Virus record (IMG/VR): IMGVR_UViG_3300031133_000383 | Span: 32,001 to 96,000 of that record | DNA length: 64,000 nucleotides | Direction: 5' to 3' (one strand) | DNA from: a virus | Lineage: Duplodnaviria > Heunggongvirae > Uroviricota > Caudoviricetes | In this document: positions 48,662 through 57,815 of the stretch, piece after piece | How the letters are laid out: each line of letters starts with the position of its first letter | Position numbering within the stretch: position 1 is the stretch's first letter | Program-made: the position numbers and the translations under genes | Notes under the pieces: generated by a model | Databases searched by the model: none | What the model was told of the DNA's origin: nothing | What the model saw: only the letters and a program-made list of their open reading frames with translations

Positions 48662-49567
48662 ATGAGAACACATTTGATTGATAATGATATTATCTTATTC
48701 TTGAATAATAGTCCTGAGCACTTTTCTAATTTAATCAAAAAAAGAAATAAAACATGGAGAACTGCTTTAAGTGATCGAGGGCCTTTTGAGCAAGGGTTTA
48801 ATTTTCTCGATATGATTTTATTCCAAGTGTCACATTCAACAACACAAGAATATTCATGGTCAGAGATATTTGAAAAATTAGAATCATTGGACTTTAAGTT
48901 TGAACCATTTCATTATTTCCCAAATATAGATTTATTGACAAACTACAATCCCACCATAGCGTTAAACTATAAAGAATTAGTAACTCAATTAAAGAAAAGA
49001 GACGTTTCCTTTAACCAAGACTCTTTTGAACAATTTATAAAAAAACAAACGGCACCGATGGAAGATTCTGTGGCTGATCTTTTAAGAACTATGTCTCCTA
49101 TTATAGATGACATATTATTATCATTAAAAGTAGATAATGCTATTAAAAGTTTAATTGATGACGCTTATGAAATTCATTTAATCAATAATCCTTCAAAAGG
49201 AACAAAGATAGAAGCTACAATGATGGCTTCAATAATAAATACTAGTGTGAATTTTGGTGGTGAATCAATGGATGACAATATTAAAAAATATCAATTAGAA
49301 CAATCGAAAAAAGTTAAATTTATTTTAAACTATTTAGATAATCAAAATATTAGTGTTGAAAGATCTATAGAGATGTTATATCTTTTTAAACCGTGTGGAG
49401 CTATCATGATTGATTTTAATAGATACTCTCTTAATCATAGTGTTCATAACTATTTTGAAGCAGTTAGAAATGGTCAACTTTTACCTAGAAAGTATTTTAC
49501 AAGGCTTCAACTTGAATTAATAGATATTATTGAAAGTAGGTTTGATGTCAAGGTCTTTGATAATTAA
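48662..49567 (+). CDS. hypothetical protein
   Basis: AGGAG RBS; 301 aa. Confidence 0.8.
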   Translation: MRTHLIDNDIILFLNNSPEHFSNLIKKRNKTWRTALSDRGPFEQGFNFLDMILFQVSHSTTQEYSWSEIFEKLESLDFKFEPFHYFPNIDLLTNYNPTIALNYKELVTQLKKRDVSFNQDSFEQFIKKQTAPMEDSVADLLRTMSPIIDDILLSLKVDNAIKSLIDDAYEIHLINNPSKGTKIEATMMASIINTSVNFGGESMDDNIKKYQLEQSKKVKFILNYLDNQNISVERSIEMLYLFKPCGAIMIDFNRYSLNHSVHNYFEAVRNGQLLPRKYFTRLQLELIDIIESRFDVKVFDN

Positions 49568-49659
49568 GGAAATTATTTAATATTTGGTGAAACCTACTCT
49601 TTACTTTTTAGTTATATTGGATATTATATGGATACTATTTAACAATATAGGAGATTAAA

Positions 49660-50241
49660 ATGGAATATGTATTAATTATTATTGCTGTCTTAGCTGTCAT
49701 CTGGTTTATTATGGGTTACAACAAATTTATCAGACTTATTGAGGCTGTTAAAAATTCTCAGAAAGAAATTGGTGTACAACTGGACCGTAGAGGAAAGGTT
49801 TTTGATAGCTTGATTGCGGCTGTTACTAAATTCATGAGTCATGAAGACAGTGTGCTTACAAAAGTTACTCAGTTAAGAGAACAAACAATTGATCCTACGC
49901 TTTCACCAGAGCAAGTAAAAGGTGCTCAAGATGAATTATCTAAAATGGTCAATGATGGCAGCCTGAATCGTTCTATACAATTGAAAGTAGAAGCTTATCC
50001 AGAACTCACCTCTGGTAATAATATGCTTCAACTTCAAGAAGAAATTGTATCAACAGAAAACAAATTGACGTTTGCAAAAAAAGGCTACAATAATAATGTT
50101 GAAGCATATTATGTTGCAAAGAAAAGTTTTCCTAATCTTGTTTTGCCATCAATTTTTTCAGGTCTTAACCAAGAATTTGAATATTGGACTATCTCCGATG
50201 AACAGATTAAAGTTGAGGAAGCCAGAAGAGTTAATTTCTAA
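49660..50241 (+). CDS. lemA: LemA family protein
   Basis: N-terminal TM, YN, IGVQLDRR, HE, EAYPEL, LQEEIVSTENKL, YN, FP. Confidence 0.92.
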   Translation: MEYVLIIIAVLAVIWFIMGYNKFIRLIEAVKNSQKEIGVQLDRRGKVFDSLIAAVTKFMSHEDSVLTKVTQLREQTIDPTLSPEQVKGAQDELSKMVNDGSLNRSIQLKVEAYPELTSGNNMLQLQEEIVSTENKLTFAKKGYNNNVEAYYVAKKSFPNLVLPSIFSGLNQEFEYWTISDEQIKVEEARRVNF

Positions 50242-50255
50242 TAGAGGACAGCCTT

Positions 50256-51218
50256 ATGGATTTTAGAGAAACAATTCGTAAAAATAATATAAGAACCAAG
50301 TTGGTTATTGGTACTTATATTGCTATTATGCTATTAGTAGGCTTATTGGCTGACGTTGCAATACGACCTATTTACGCAGGTAGTTTATCAGCCAGCTTGA
50401 TAGGGTATATTCAATTTGTAAAATTTCCTTATATCACCATTATTATTTTAGCCATGACTGTTATTGGCATTTATGTCATATCAAAATTTGGACATAAAAT
50501 GATGTTGTCTGGCACTGAATACAAATTACTCAGTCCTGATTCTACACAACAACTCAGTCTGCAAGAAAAACAAGTGTTTAATATGATTGAAGAAATGTCT
50601 ATTAGTGCAGGATTGAACTATGTACCCAAAGCTTATATCATGGAAACTAATGATCTGAATGCTTTTGCTGCAGGCTGGAATAGTGATAATGCTCTTATAG
50701 CGGTTACTCGTGGATTAATGAATTCTTTAAATCGCAGTGAAGTGCAGGCTGTTATTGCTCATGAAGTTGGTCATATTATTCATGGTGACTCAAAACTAAC
50801 ATTATATGTGGGTATATTGGCAAATGTTATTTTAACGTTTACTAATATATTTGCTAATATTGCCATTTTTTTTACAGGTGGTCGTAATAGTGAAGCATCT
50901 AACAAAGCAAGATTGTTATTGGTTGTTTTGAATTTGATTTTACCCTTCATCACACAGGTCCTTTATTTCTACCTGTCAAGAACCCGTGAGTACATGGCCG
51001 ATGCAGCGGCTGTAAAATTAACAGGTGACAATCAGGCAATGATTTCTGCTTTGCGTAAAATATCAGGTCATCATGAGATTTATGATGACGAAGAGAATAG
51101 TGTTAAAAAAATAGGAGAACATTATAGAAGTGCTGCTTATATTTTCAATAAAGGTGATTCATTTTTTTCTACACATCCTTCTATTGAGAATCGAATAAAA
51201 CAATTAGGTGGAGAATAA
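50256..51218 (+). CDS. htpX: HtpX family (M48) membrane zinc protease
   Basis: NAFAAG, AVTRGL, AHEVGH, SRTREYMAD, STHPSIENRI; directly follows lemA. Confidence 0.92.
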   Translation: MDFRETIRKNNIRTKLVIGTYIAIMLLVGLLADVAIRPIYAGSLSASLIGYIQFVKFPYITIIILAMTVIGIYVISKFGHKMMLSGTEYKLLSPDSTQQLSLQEKQVFNMIEEMSISAGLNYVPKAYIMETNDLNAFAAGWNSDNALIAVTRGLMNSLNRSEVQAVIAHEVGHIIHGDSKLTLYVGILANVILTFTNIFANIAIFFTGGRNSEASNKARLLLVVLNLILPFITQVLYFYLSRTREYMADAAAVKLTGDNQAMISALRKISGHHEIYDDEENSVKKIGEHYRSAAYIFNKGDSFFSTHPSIENRIKQLGGE

Positions 51219-51247
51219 AAAAAGACTCTTAGGAGTCTTTTTTTTTG
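51217..51247. terminator. bidirectional terminator
   Basis: AAAAAAAGACTC-TTAG-GAGTCTTTTTTT. Confidence 0.75.
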
Positions 51248-51257
51248 ATACAACTAT

Positions 51258-52649
51258 TTATTGATAATTAACGATTACATCAGTGTATTTTCCTGTTGAT
51301 ACATTGTCTTTTAGTAAAGGTGTCACATAACTTGAGATGGAGGCTGGTGGATTTGTGTATGTGTAGAAAACTGGATGTTTTACATCTTTACCTATATCAA
51401 CCATATTGATAGTATATTTTACATTTTCATTTTTCCCTACTTTTAATGGTGTAGTAAAGGAGAAAAGATGCATTAAATTATCTTTCATGGTTAATGTATT
51501 GTAAGTTGGAGATGTCACACAGTTAGAGCCTGCACAGGCAGTCATGGTCATATCATAATTTAGTGTATTTTTATAGTTGGCAACAGCAAAACCTATTGCA
51601 CTGACACTACCCTCACCCGGATTAATAACTGTAGATGAAAAAGTAAATGGACCATTGCTTGTGTATTGATCCGTTGAACCTGTATTTATCACTTTTGACA
51701 ATTGAAAATCTTTAGGAACAACTTCTATTTGAACTGTTTTTTCAGCTTTTCTTGTGACTCCGTTAAGTGTTTTACTACCTGTCAATGTTACTGTTTTCAC
51801 TCCAATTTCTGGTGGGGTATAATTATAAGGACTACTTGAAATAGGGTTTGATCCGTTATTGATAAAATATGTTATTCCTTCCGATCCTTCAAACGTTAAT
51901 TGTGTTGAAGTTCCAATTCTAAAACGTACTGGATTTGCGATTAGATTTTCAATTACTGGATCTTTTTCTACAACTATGGCCAAGGTTTTTTCAGCTTCTT
52001 CTTTATCAAGGTTTGTTGCTTTCAAACTATAATTGTAAGTGCCTTCTTTAGTTGGAACAACTGTTTGAGATGTTGTGTTTGTTGGGTTATAACTAGTAGA
52101 AACTCCTGAATTGGCTATATCACTTTTTATTTCTATCTTTTCAAAATTAGTTACATCCCAACTCAATATCAATGGATTATTCATAAAAACTGTTGTAGCT
52201 TGTGCATCAAAAGAAGCAATAATGGGTGCCGGATAGTTATAAGGTGTAACAGTTATATTTAGCGTTTTTTCAATACTTATATTATCGGAACTGATCACCT
52301 TTAGGGTGTATTGATAGTTGCCATCAATAGAGGGAGTTATAGTTAATGTATCTCCTGCAACTTCCCTATATTCATCACTAAGACCAGATCTATCATTACT
52401 ACCCTTTATATAAACATGTAAGGCATTTGTTACTGCCCATGATAATAAAAACGAGTCATTGAGTTCCAATGTGTTTTCACTGCTGTCAAAGGAATCAATT
52501 TTGGGTGTCGTTTTTTCAATAGGCACAGTTTCACTATCATTTTGTACAAGATTTATATCATGAAGTCTATAACGTATTTGATAGTCAGCATGACTTATCA
52601 AACAAGAACCAGCCAAAAAACCAGCCAATAATATTTTATTTTTATTCAT
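51258..52649 (-). CDS. secreted protein with tandem Ig/PKD-like beta repeats
   Basis: signal peptide; repeats P.I.SF...LSW.VTN...GxYxYxLK (twice) plus a third degenerate copy. Confidence 0.75.
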   Translation of the reverse strand: MNKNKILLAGFLAGSCLISHADYQIRYRLHDINLVQNDSETVPIEKTTPKIDSFDSSENTLELNDSFLLSWAVTNALHVYIKGSNDRSGLSDEYREVAGDTLTITPSIDGNYQYTLKVISSDNISIEKTLNITVTPYNYPAPIIASFDAQATTVFMNNPLILSWDVTNFEKIEIKSDIANSGVSTSYNPTNTTSQTVVPTKEGTYNYSLKATNLDKEEAEKTLAIVVEKDPVIENLIANPVRFRIGTSTQLTFEGSEGITYFINNGSNPISSSPYNYTPPEIGVKTVTLTGSKTLNGVTRKAEKTVQIEVVPKDFQLSKVINTGSTDQYTSNGPFTFSSTVINPGEGSVSAIGFAVANYKNTLNYDMTMTACAGSNCVTSPTYNTLTMKDNLMHLFSFTTPLKVGKNENVKYTINMVDIGKDVKHPVFYTYTNPPASISSYVTPLLKDNVSTGKYTDVIVNYQ

Positions 52650-52764
52650 TGTCCTTATTAAAGTTATTTTAACTATTATAATGTTTACATCAATTTATTC
52701 AAGCTGTATCTTTTAAAAAATATTGTTATAATGTTATAATATCAATAATAACTTTTATAATTTA

Positions 52765-53322
52765 ATGACACCTATTGCACTTTCTTATCAAGATCTACTT
52801 TTACTTGCTGACTTATCAAGTGTTTATATCAAAACCAAGCCACTCTTAATATCTAAAGAACACTTTAACAATTTAGCTTATACCAAACATGATAACATAC
52901 GTATTTTTGATGAAAAAAATCAAAAATTTCATGAAATAATTATTTGTTCTGATAATTCTATATATTATCTTATTCAGTTGACAGAACCTTTAATTTTTAT
53001 TGAAGGATCAATAACTCATCAATTCCATCCTTATGACATAATTTTACTTTCGGCAGGAAACAATACCAACTTCAAGCACTGGCATTTTGAAAAAGTATCT
53101 GACATTCTTGAACTTGATACTGATTTTATACAAATGACTGAACTTAGCTATGAAAATGAACAGAAAGAAATAGATAATATAAAATATTTAAAGACTAAAA
53201 GGTTGAAAGAAATTATGGAAAATTCTTATGCTATTGATCATGAGATCGCTAAAAAAGACACCTTTAAGAAAAAATTATCAATACTATTTAAAGTATTTTT
53301 CTTTAAAAAAATTGGCAAATAA
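52765..53322 (+). CDS. hypothetical protein
   Basis: 185-aa ORF after TG-T-TATAAT. Confidence 0.7.
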   Translation: MTPIALSYQDLLLLADLSSVYIKTKPLLISKEHFNNLAYTKHDNIRIFDEKNQKFHEIIICSDNSIYYLIQLTEPLIFIEGSITHQFHPYDIILLSAGNNTNFKHWHFEKVSDILELDTDFIQMTELSYENEQKEIDNIKYLKTKRLKEIMENSYAIDHEIAKKDTFKKKLSILFKVFFFKKIGK

Positions 53323-53425
53323 TATCAACAATGTCAACTATATATAATTTAATTTAACTTAAGCATTTTTTTGTTGACTTTAGCTATAATTCTGGCAATA
53401 TAATATCACTTTTTGAGGTGATAAA

Positions 53426-55084
53426 ATGACATGGTATAACAATTTAAGCATTAAACTAAAAATCAGACTGGCCGTTATGCTGGTCTGTGTTATGATTATT
53501 AGTATATTTGGGTATTTTTCGTATACAAAAATTATGTCACAAGAAATTGCTGTGGTTGATGCCAAACTGCAAGCAGGAGAAAATTACTATCCTACATTGG
53601 TCACTGATGCTTTTACCGATGATGTCATTAATAATGTATCTAAACCAGATGATTTGGCAAGATCTAGAGAAATAGCAACCAAGTTGACAGAATTTAGCAA
53701 TGTAATTGAATTAGCCTATGTTTATTCAATGTTTGTAGACAAAGACGGTAAAGTACTTTATATTGTTTCCAGCTTGAATCCAAAAGAGTTGTCAGACGGG
53801 ACAACAACTTATCGTCGAGAGCCTAACAAAGAGGCAAATACTTATGGAATCATCAAAAAAGTATTAGAAACTAATCAGCCTGATCATTTAGAATATACTT
53901 CTTCTTATGGTAAATTCAGAACGCTATATTTTCCTGAAACTACTGCTAGTGGTAATAGGTATGTAGTAGCAGTGGATGTTGAACTTGACGAAGTTTCTGC
54001 TGTAAAACAAAAGGTACTGATTGAAATTTCAATTATTGTTGGCATTTCTTTGTTGGTGGCATTTATCATTTCTCTTATTGTTGGTAATATTATTTCAAAA
54101 CCTATGCTGCAATTGGTTAAAACATTTGAACAATTAGGTTCAGGCCATGCTGACTTGACTTATAAAATGGATGAAAAATATAAAGACGAATCTGGACAAA
54201 TGGCTCGGCACTTTAATGTTTTCGTCAATAATTTAAGGACGATGGTCGAATCTATCAAGAAACAATCTTCTGACATGCAAAAAGGCTTGGTTGACATTAA
54301 TCATTTAATGAGCCAATTGATGGCGGATTCTCAACGTCAGGCAGATAGAGCTTCTTCATCTGCTGCCACTATCGAAGAAATTACTGCAACAATGAATAAT
54401 ATTTCTGATAGCACTGACACCACTTCAAAATCAGTAGAAAATGTAAACCATTTAACAAAAACCAGTACTGATTCAGTCAAGATGCTGAGTCGCGAAGTCA
54501 GTCAAATTACAACATCAGCAAAGGACTTATCTAATGTTATTAATCTTCTCGAAACAAAATCAGCTAACATTTCTAAAATTGTTAATGTTATTAAAAGTAT
54601 TGCTGATCAAACAAACTTGCTGGCATTGAATGCTGCAATTGAAGCCGCAAGAGCAGGTGAGCATGGACGTGGTTTTGCAGTAGTGGCAGAAGAAGTACGC
54701 AATCTTGCAAACAAGACATCTGACGAAACCCTCAATATTTCAAAAACCATTACCGATATAAGTGTAGAAATCGGAAAAGCTACTGCAAAAATGAATGAAA
54801 CAAATGAAAATGTATTAAATGGTACAAAACTGGCAAGTAATGTATTAAATGAAATAAATGATATTCAGCAAAATATGGATGAAGTATTCAATAATGTTCA
54901 GGTAATTACATTGGCTACAAAAGAACAATCCGTTGCGGCTCAGGATATGGCACGATCAGCCGAGGAAATCAGTCATAGTTCAATTTTGAGTCGGGATATT
55001 GTTGAGAAGACTGAAAATACAGTTGCTCATTTGGAACAGCTATCACATAAATTGAATGAAATGGTTGCTCAATTCAAGACTTAA
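53426..55084 (+). CDS. methyl-accepting chemotaxis protein
   Basis: 2 TM helices, HAMP ([11 protein letters not shown]), signalling tip [37 protein letters not shown]. Confidence 0.95.
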   Translation: MTWYNNLSIKLKIRLAVMLVCVMIISIFGYFSYTKIMSQEIAVVDAKLQAGENYYPTLVTDAFTDDVINNVSKPDDLARSREIATKLTEFSNVIELAYVYSMFVDKDGKVLYIVSSLNPKELSDGTTTYRREPNKEANTYGIIKKVLETNQPDHLEYTSSYGKFRTLYFPETTASGNRYVVAVDVELDEVSAVKQKVLIEISIIVGISLLVAFIISLIVGNIISKPMLQLVKTFEQLGSGHADLTYKMDEKYKDESGQMARHFNVFVNNLRTMVESIKKQSSDMQKGLVDINHLMSQLMADSQRQADRASSSAATIEEITATMNNISDSTDTTSKSVENVNHLTKTSTDSVKMLSREVSQITTSAKDLSNVINLLETKSANISKIVNVIKSIADQTNLLALNAAIEAARAGEHGRGFAVVAEEVRNLANKTSDETLNISKTITDISVEIGKATAKMNETNENVLNGTKLASNVLNEINDIQQNMDEVFNNVQVITLATKEQSVAAQDMARSAEEISHSSILSRDIVEKTENTVAHLEQLSHKLNEMVAQFKT

Positions 55085-55157
55085 AGCGTTATTGATACAT
55101 GAATCTGTAATTTTAAAGGATAGATGCATTATCCTTTTTATTTTATTTTATTTTATT

Positions 55158-55571
55158 TTATTTTGATTTTATTTCTTTTATCATGTTTTGAATATCGTCA
55201 ACTCTGTCTTGATTGAAATCAAATAAACAGTTTTTTTGTCGGATGTAGAGTTCTTCGTTAGTATCGTGACCTCCAACAGCTTTAAATAATTCACAAGATG
55301 CTTTGACATAAAGACCATAAGCCAATTTCTCTTGTTGATAGTGATTCTTTACATTGTTTTTGACCGTTGTACTCTCATTCCATAAAGATAATATAGAATA
55401 CAGTTCAGATTCGGCTGTTTTGATATTTATTTCGCTTCTTTCAATGTTTATATCAAGGCAAGTCGTATAAATCATCAAGCTATTATTATCACAATCCTGA
55501 TAATCTGCAGCCATTGACTGATTTATTGAAAAAAATGTTAACGTTGCTGCAATAATTATTTTAATATCCAT
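55158..55571 (-). CDS. exported LprI/DUF1311-like (lysozyme inhibitor-like) protein
   Basis: signal peptide; helical with 4 Cys in the family spacing. Confidence 0.55.
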   Translation of the reverse strand: MDIKIIIAATLTFFSINQSMAADYQDCDNNSLMIYTTCLDINIERSEINIKTAESELYSILSLWNESTTVKNNVKNHYQQEKLAYGLYVKASCELFKAVGGHDTNEELYIRQKNCLFDFNQDRVDDIQNMIKEIKSK

Positions 55572-55653
55572 TTTATCCCTATATATTTATATTGTTTTTA
55601 GCTTTATCTTATGCTACTCTACTACATTATTTTAAAATTAAAAGAGGTCATTT

Positions 55654-56544
55654 ATGAGTGATAACATACCACATTTTGAATACGATAGACCTTACGTTCA
55701 TGTTTCGTATGCATGCCAAGAGTATTTAAGAGAATTTTTCAATCATTATGGAAGCTCTTATAAAGTATCTGAAAATGAATATTATATTTATTATAAGATG
55801 CCTTTATCCAGTAATAATAATTACATACAATATTATGAACACTTAAAGCCTTTTGAAAATTTTGGAAAATTTAAAAAAGATCCTTTAGCTGATGAGTTGA
55901 TGACTCTGTATTCGTTTGTTAGAGATTATGAAATTAGTGCTGTCAATTTGCGTTACGGGCATTACACAGAAGACTATTTTCAAGCGTTTAAATCATTGGG
56001 ATTCATTCATGAATCACACATCATGCAACAGCTAACAAAGCAATGTATTTTAAATTACGAAGGTAATTCTACCTGTGCTAATTGTTGTGACTCTTATTTG
56101 AAATTTGCATTGGAAAATGCCAAAAAAAATCAACAATCGAAACAGTTGTTAGATGGTCAGTATATTGCAAAACAAGCATTGAAATATTATGGTGATTGCG
56201 ATATTTATGCTTATTATGTAGCCGACAATATTTTAAATATCTGTGATTATGCTAGTGCTACTTTGTATAGTTGTGTTTTAGATGGCAAAGGCGGCTACAA
56301 GTTATATGGGCAACACAATACTTATGGTTTTGAAAAAGAATTATTTGTTGATCCTCATTTTGATAGTGACGAAGAAGAAAGTCATGATCGTTTATTTTTG
56401 AAACATGCGTTAGTTGATAATTGCTTGATTATGGAAAAAACAGTATCAGATGAGGTATATGTATATAGTTCAATGGCTCTTGTACTAAAAACAATTCTGG
56501 AATGTATCTATATGACTGAACAAGAAAATGTTTTGAAGTCATAA
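55654..56544 (+). CDS. hypothetical protein
   Basis: GAGG RBS; 296 aa; CANCC cluster. Confidence 0.8.
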   Translation: MSDNIPHFEYDRPYVHVSYACQEYLREFFNHYGSSYKVSENEYYIYYKMPLSSNNNYIQYYEHLKPFENFGKFKKDPLADELMTLYSFVRDYEISAVNLRYGHYTEDYFQAFKSLGFIHESHIMQQLTKQCILNYEGNSTCANCCDSYLKFALENAKKNQQSKQLLDGQYIAKQALKYYGDCDIYAYYVADNILNICDYASATLYSCVLDGKGGYKLYGQHNTYGFEKELFVDPHFDSDEEESHDRLFLKHALVDNCLIMEKTVSDEVYVYSSMALVLKTILECIYMTEQENVLKS

Positions 56545-56599
56545 AACAGATAGGTTTAATACTAAGTTCAAGAGATGATATAAAAAACAAAAATATAGC

Positions 56600-56628
56600 T
56601 TGACTTAGTGAAAATAAAAACATAAAAT
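56600..56628 (+). promoter_or_regulatory. sigma70 promoter of the tRNA operon
   Basis: TTGACT-17-TAAAAT. Confidence 0.7.
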
Positions 56629-56652
56629 AAAGACTATTAAGCAACACATTAA

Positions 56653-56727
56653 GCCGAAATAGCACAGTGGCAGTGCAACCGCCTTGTAAGCGGTAGGTCG
56701 TCAGTTCAAATCTGACTTTCGGCACCA
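56653..56727 (+). tRNA. tRNA-Thr(TGT)
   Basis: GCCGAAA/TTTCGGC acceptor stem; ACCGC-CTTGTAA-GCGGT anticodon arm; CCA. Confidence 0.95.
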
Positions 56728-56788
56728 GTTTTATGTTCTTGGAAAACACATGGTGCAATTAGAGCAGAAGTGTCTTTTTCAAGTCAAT

Positions 56789-56910
56789 GTCTGTATCAGG
56801 CGAATAAGCAGTGATCAAGGTTTCTGACAATACTAGTTAAGTCAGATAAGGTAACCGGAACTGATGACCGAAATCATTAATTATCTGTGGTTCAAGTCCA
56901 CTTGCAGGCA
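56789..56910 (+). ncRNA. tRNA-like RNA (acceptor stem and T-arm with an oversized core)
   Basis: GTCTGTA/TGCAGGC stem; GTGG-TTCAAGT-CCAC T-arm; internal TCTGAC/GTCAGA hairpin; no CCA. Confidence 0.5.
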
Positions 56911-56929
56911 GACCGAATTTTATAGTCAA

Positions 56930-57003
56930 GCGGAATTGGTCTAGTGGTTGGGCCGTAGCCTTCCAAGCTACAGAGACGAGTTCGATCCTCGTATTCCGCT
57001 CCA
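56930..57003 (+). tRNA. tRNA-Gly(TCC)
   Basis: GCGGAAT/ATTCCGC acceptor stem; GTAGC-CTTCCAA-GCTAC anticodon arm; CCA. Confidence 0.95.
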
Positions 57004-57260
57004 ATTTTGAAAGCTGTTGAAAAGCAGTTTCAAATTAGGTGATACGCTACCTTGAGTGCGAACTTGAAAATATGTCATTCAAATGATATAAAAGGTGTTC
57101 AGACCTCAGAGTCGGTAATTATGTCCGCTGGCTCTTTAAATCAATTCTGAGATTCAAATTAGGACCCGCGATAGCACTGAAACTGGTCAGTTTATAATGA
57201 ACATATAAGTTAATGTTAGGCAGCGGCTAACAAACAACCGATACTATTATCGGTTTTTTA
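57004..57260 (+). ncRNA. candidate structured RNA at the end of the tRNA operon
   Basis: GC-richer than its surroundings; nested helices; ends in terminator AACCGATA-CTAT-TATCGGTT followed by a T run. Confidence 0.5.
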
Positions 57261-57289
57261 TTTTTGGTAGTCTTTAATTGGAGATTGAT

Positions 57290-57679
57290 ATGAAGCATAT
57301 AATTATTTCAGTACTGCAAATGGTGATTGGAAAAAATGGTTCTATTAAACTTGGGAAGAAAGCCATTAAGACAGAGCGGGATCTTTTATCTTTGTCTGAT
57401 AAGCAATTAATATCTCTTTATAATAAACAAATGATGTATGAAAATCGTAGTCAGTTCGAGGATTTAATCAATTCTTTGGGTTGTAGCGTTACAAAAGATT
57501 ATTTTAGAGAATACATGATTGATAAGTTGTTGCTTCAAGCTGATAATGATGTTGTTTATTGTCCTGAAATTGAAGATGAACTTTATCTGGATGATGGATT
57601 TTTTGAAGAAAATGATGCTTGTATCTTGACAATTTATAATCATAATATGTTTGATCACGAATATATAAAAATAATCTAA
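57290..57679 (+). CDS. hypothetical protein
   Basis: GGAG RBS; acidic C-terminal half. Confidence 0.7.
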   Translation: MKHIIISVLQMVIGKNGSIKLGKKAIKTERDLLSLSDKQLISLYNKQMMYENRSQFEDLINSLGCSVTKDYFREYMIDKLLLQADNDVVYCPEIEDELYLDDGFFEENDACILTIYNHNMFDHEYIKII

Positions 57680-57815
57680 ATGTTAACTATGTTTAAAAAT
57701 TTATTATTCAATATTATTATACTTTGAGAGATATAAATTTTCTCAATTTAAATAAAAATGTTGCCTTATGTCAAAAAATTTGATATACTCTTTGAAAATT
57801 CAGGAGAGCCAAATA

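Noticed and set aside
55654-56544. Family A motif in LKTILECIYM
   Set aside because: It is followed by 9 more residues, so it is not terminal; left unassigned.
56429-56758. 109-aa minus-strand ORF
   Set aside because: It is the antisense reading of tRNA-Thr and its promoter.
57004-57260. tmRNA, RNase P RNA or group I intron
   Set aside because: No tRNA-Ala-like ends or tag frame, and none of the conserved core sequences could be recognised.
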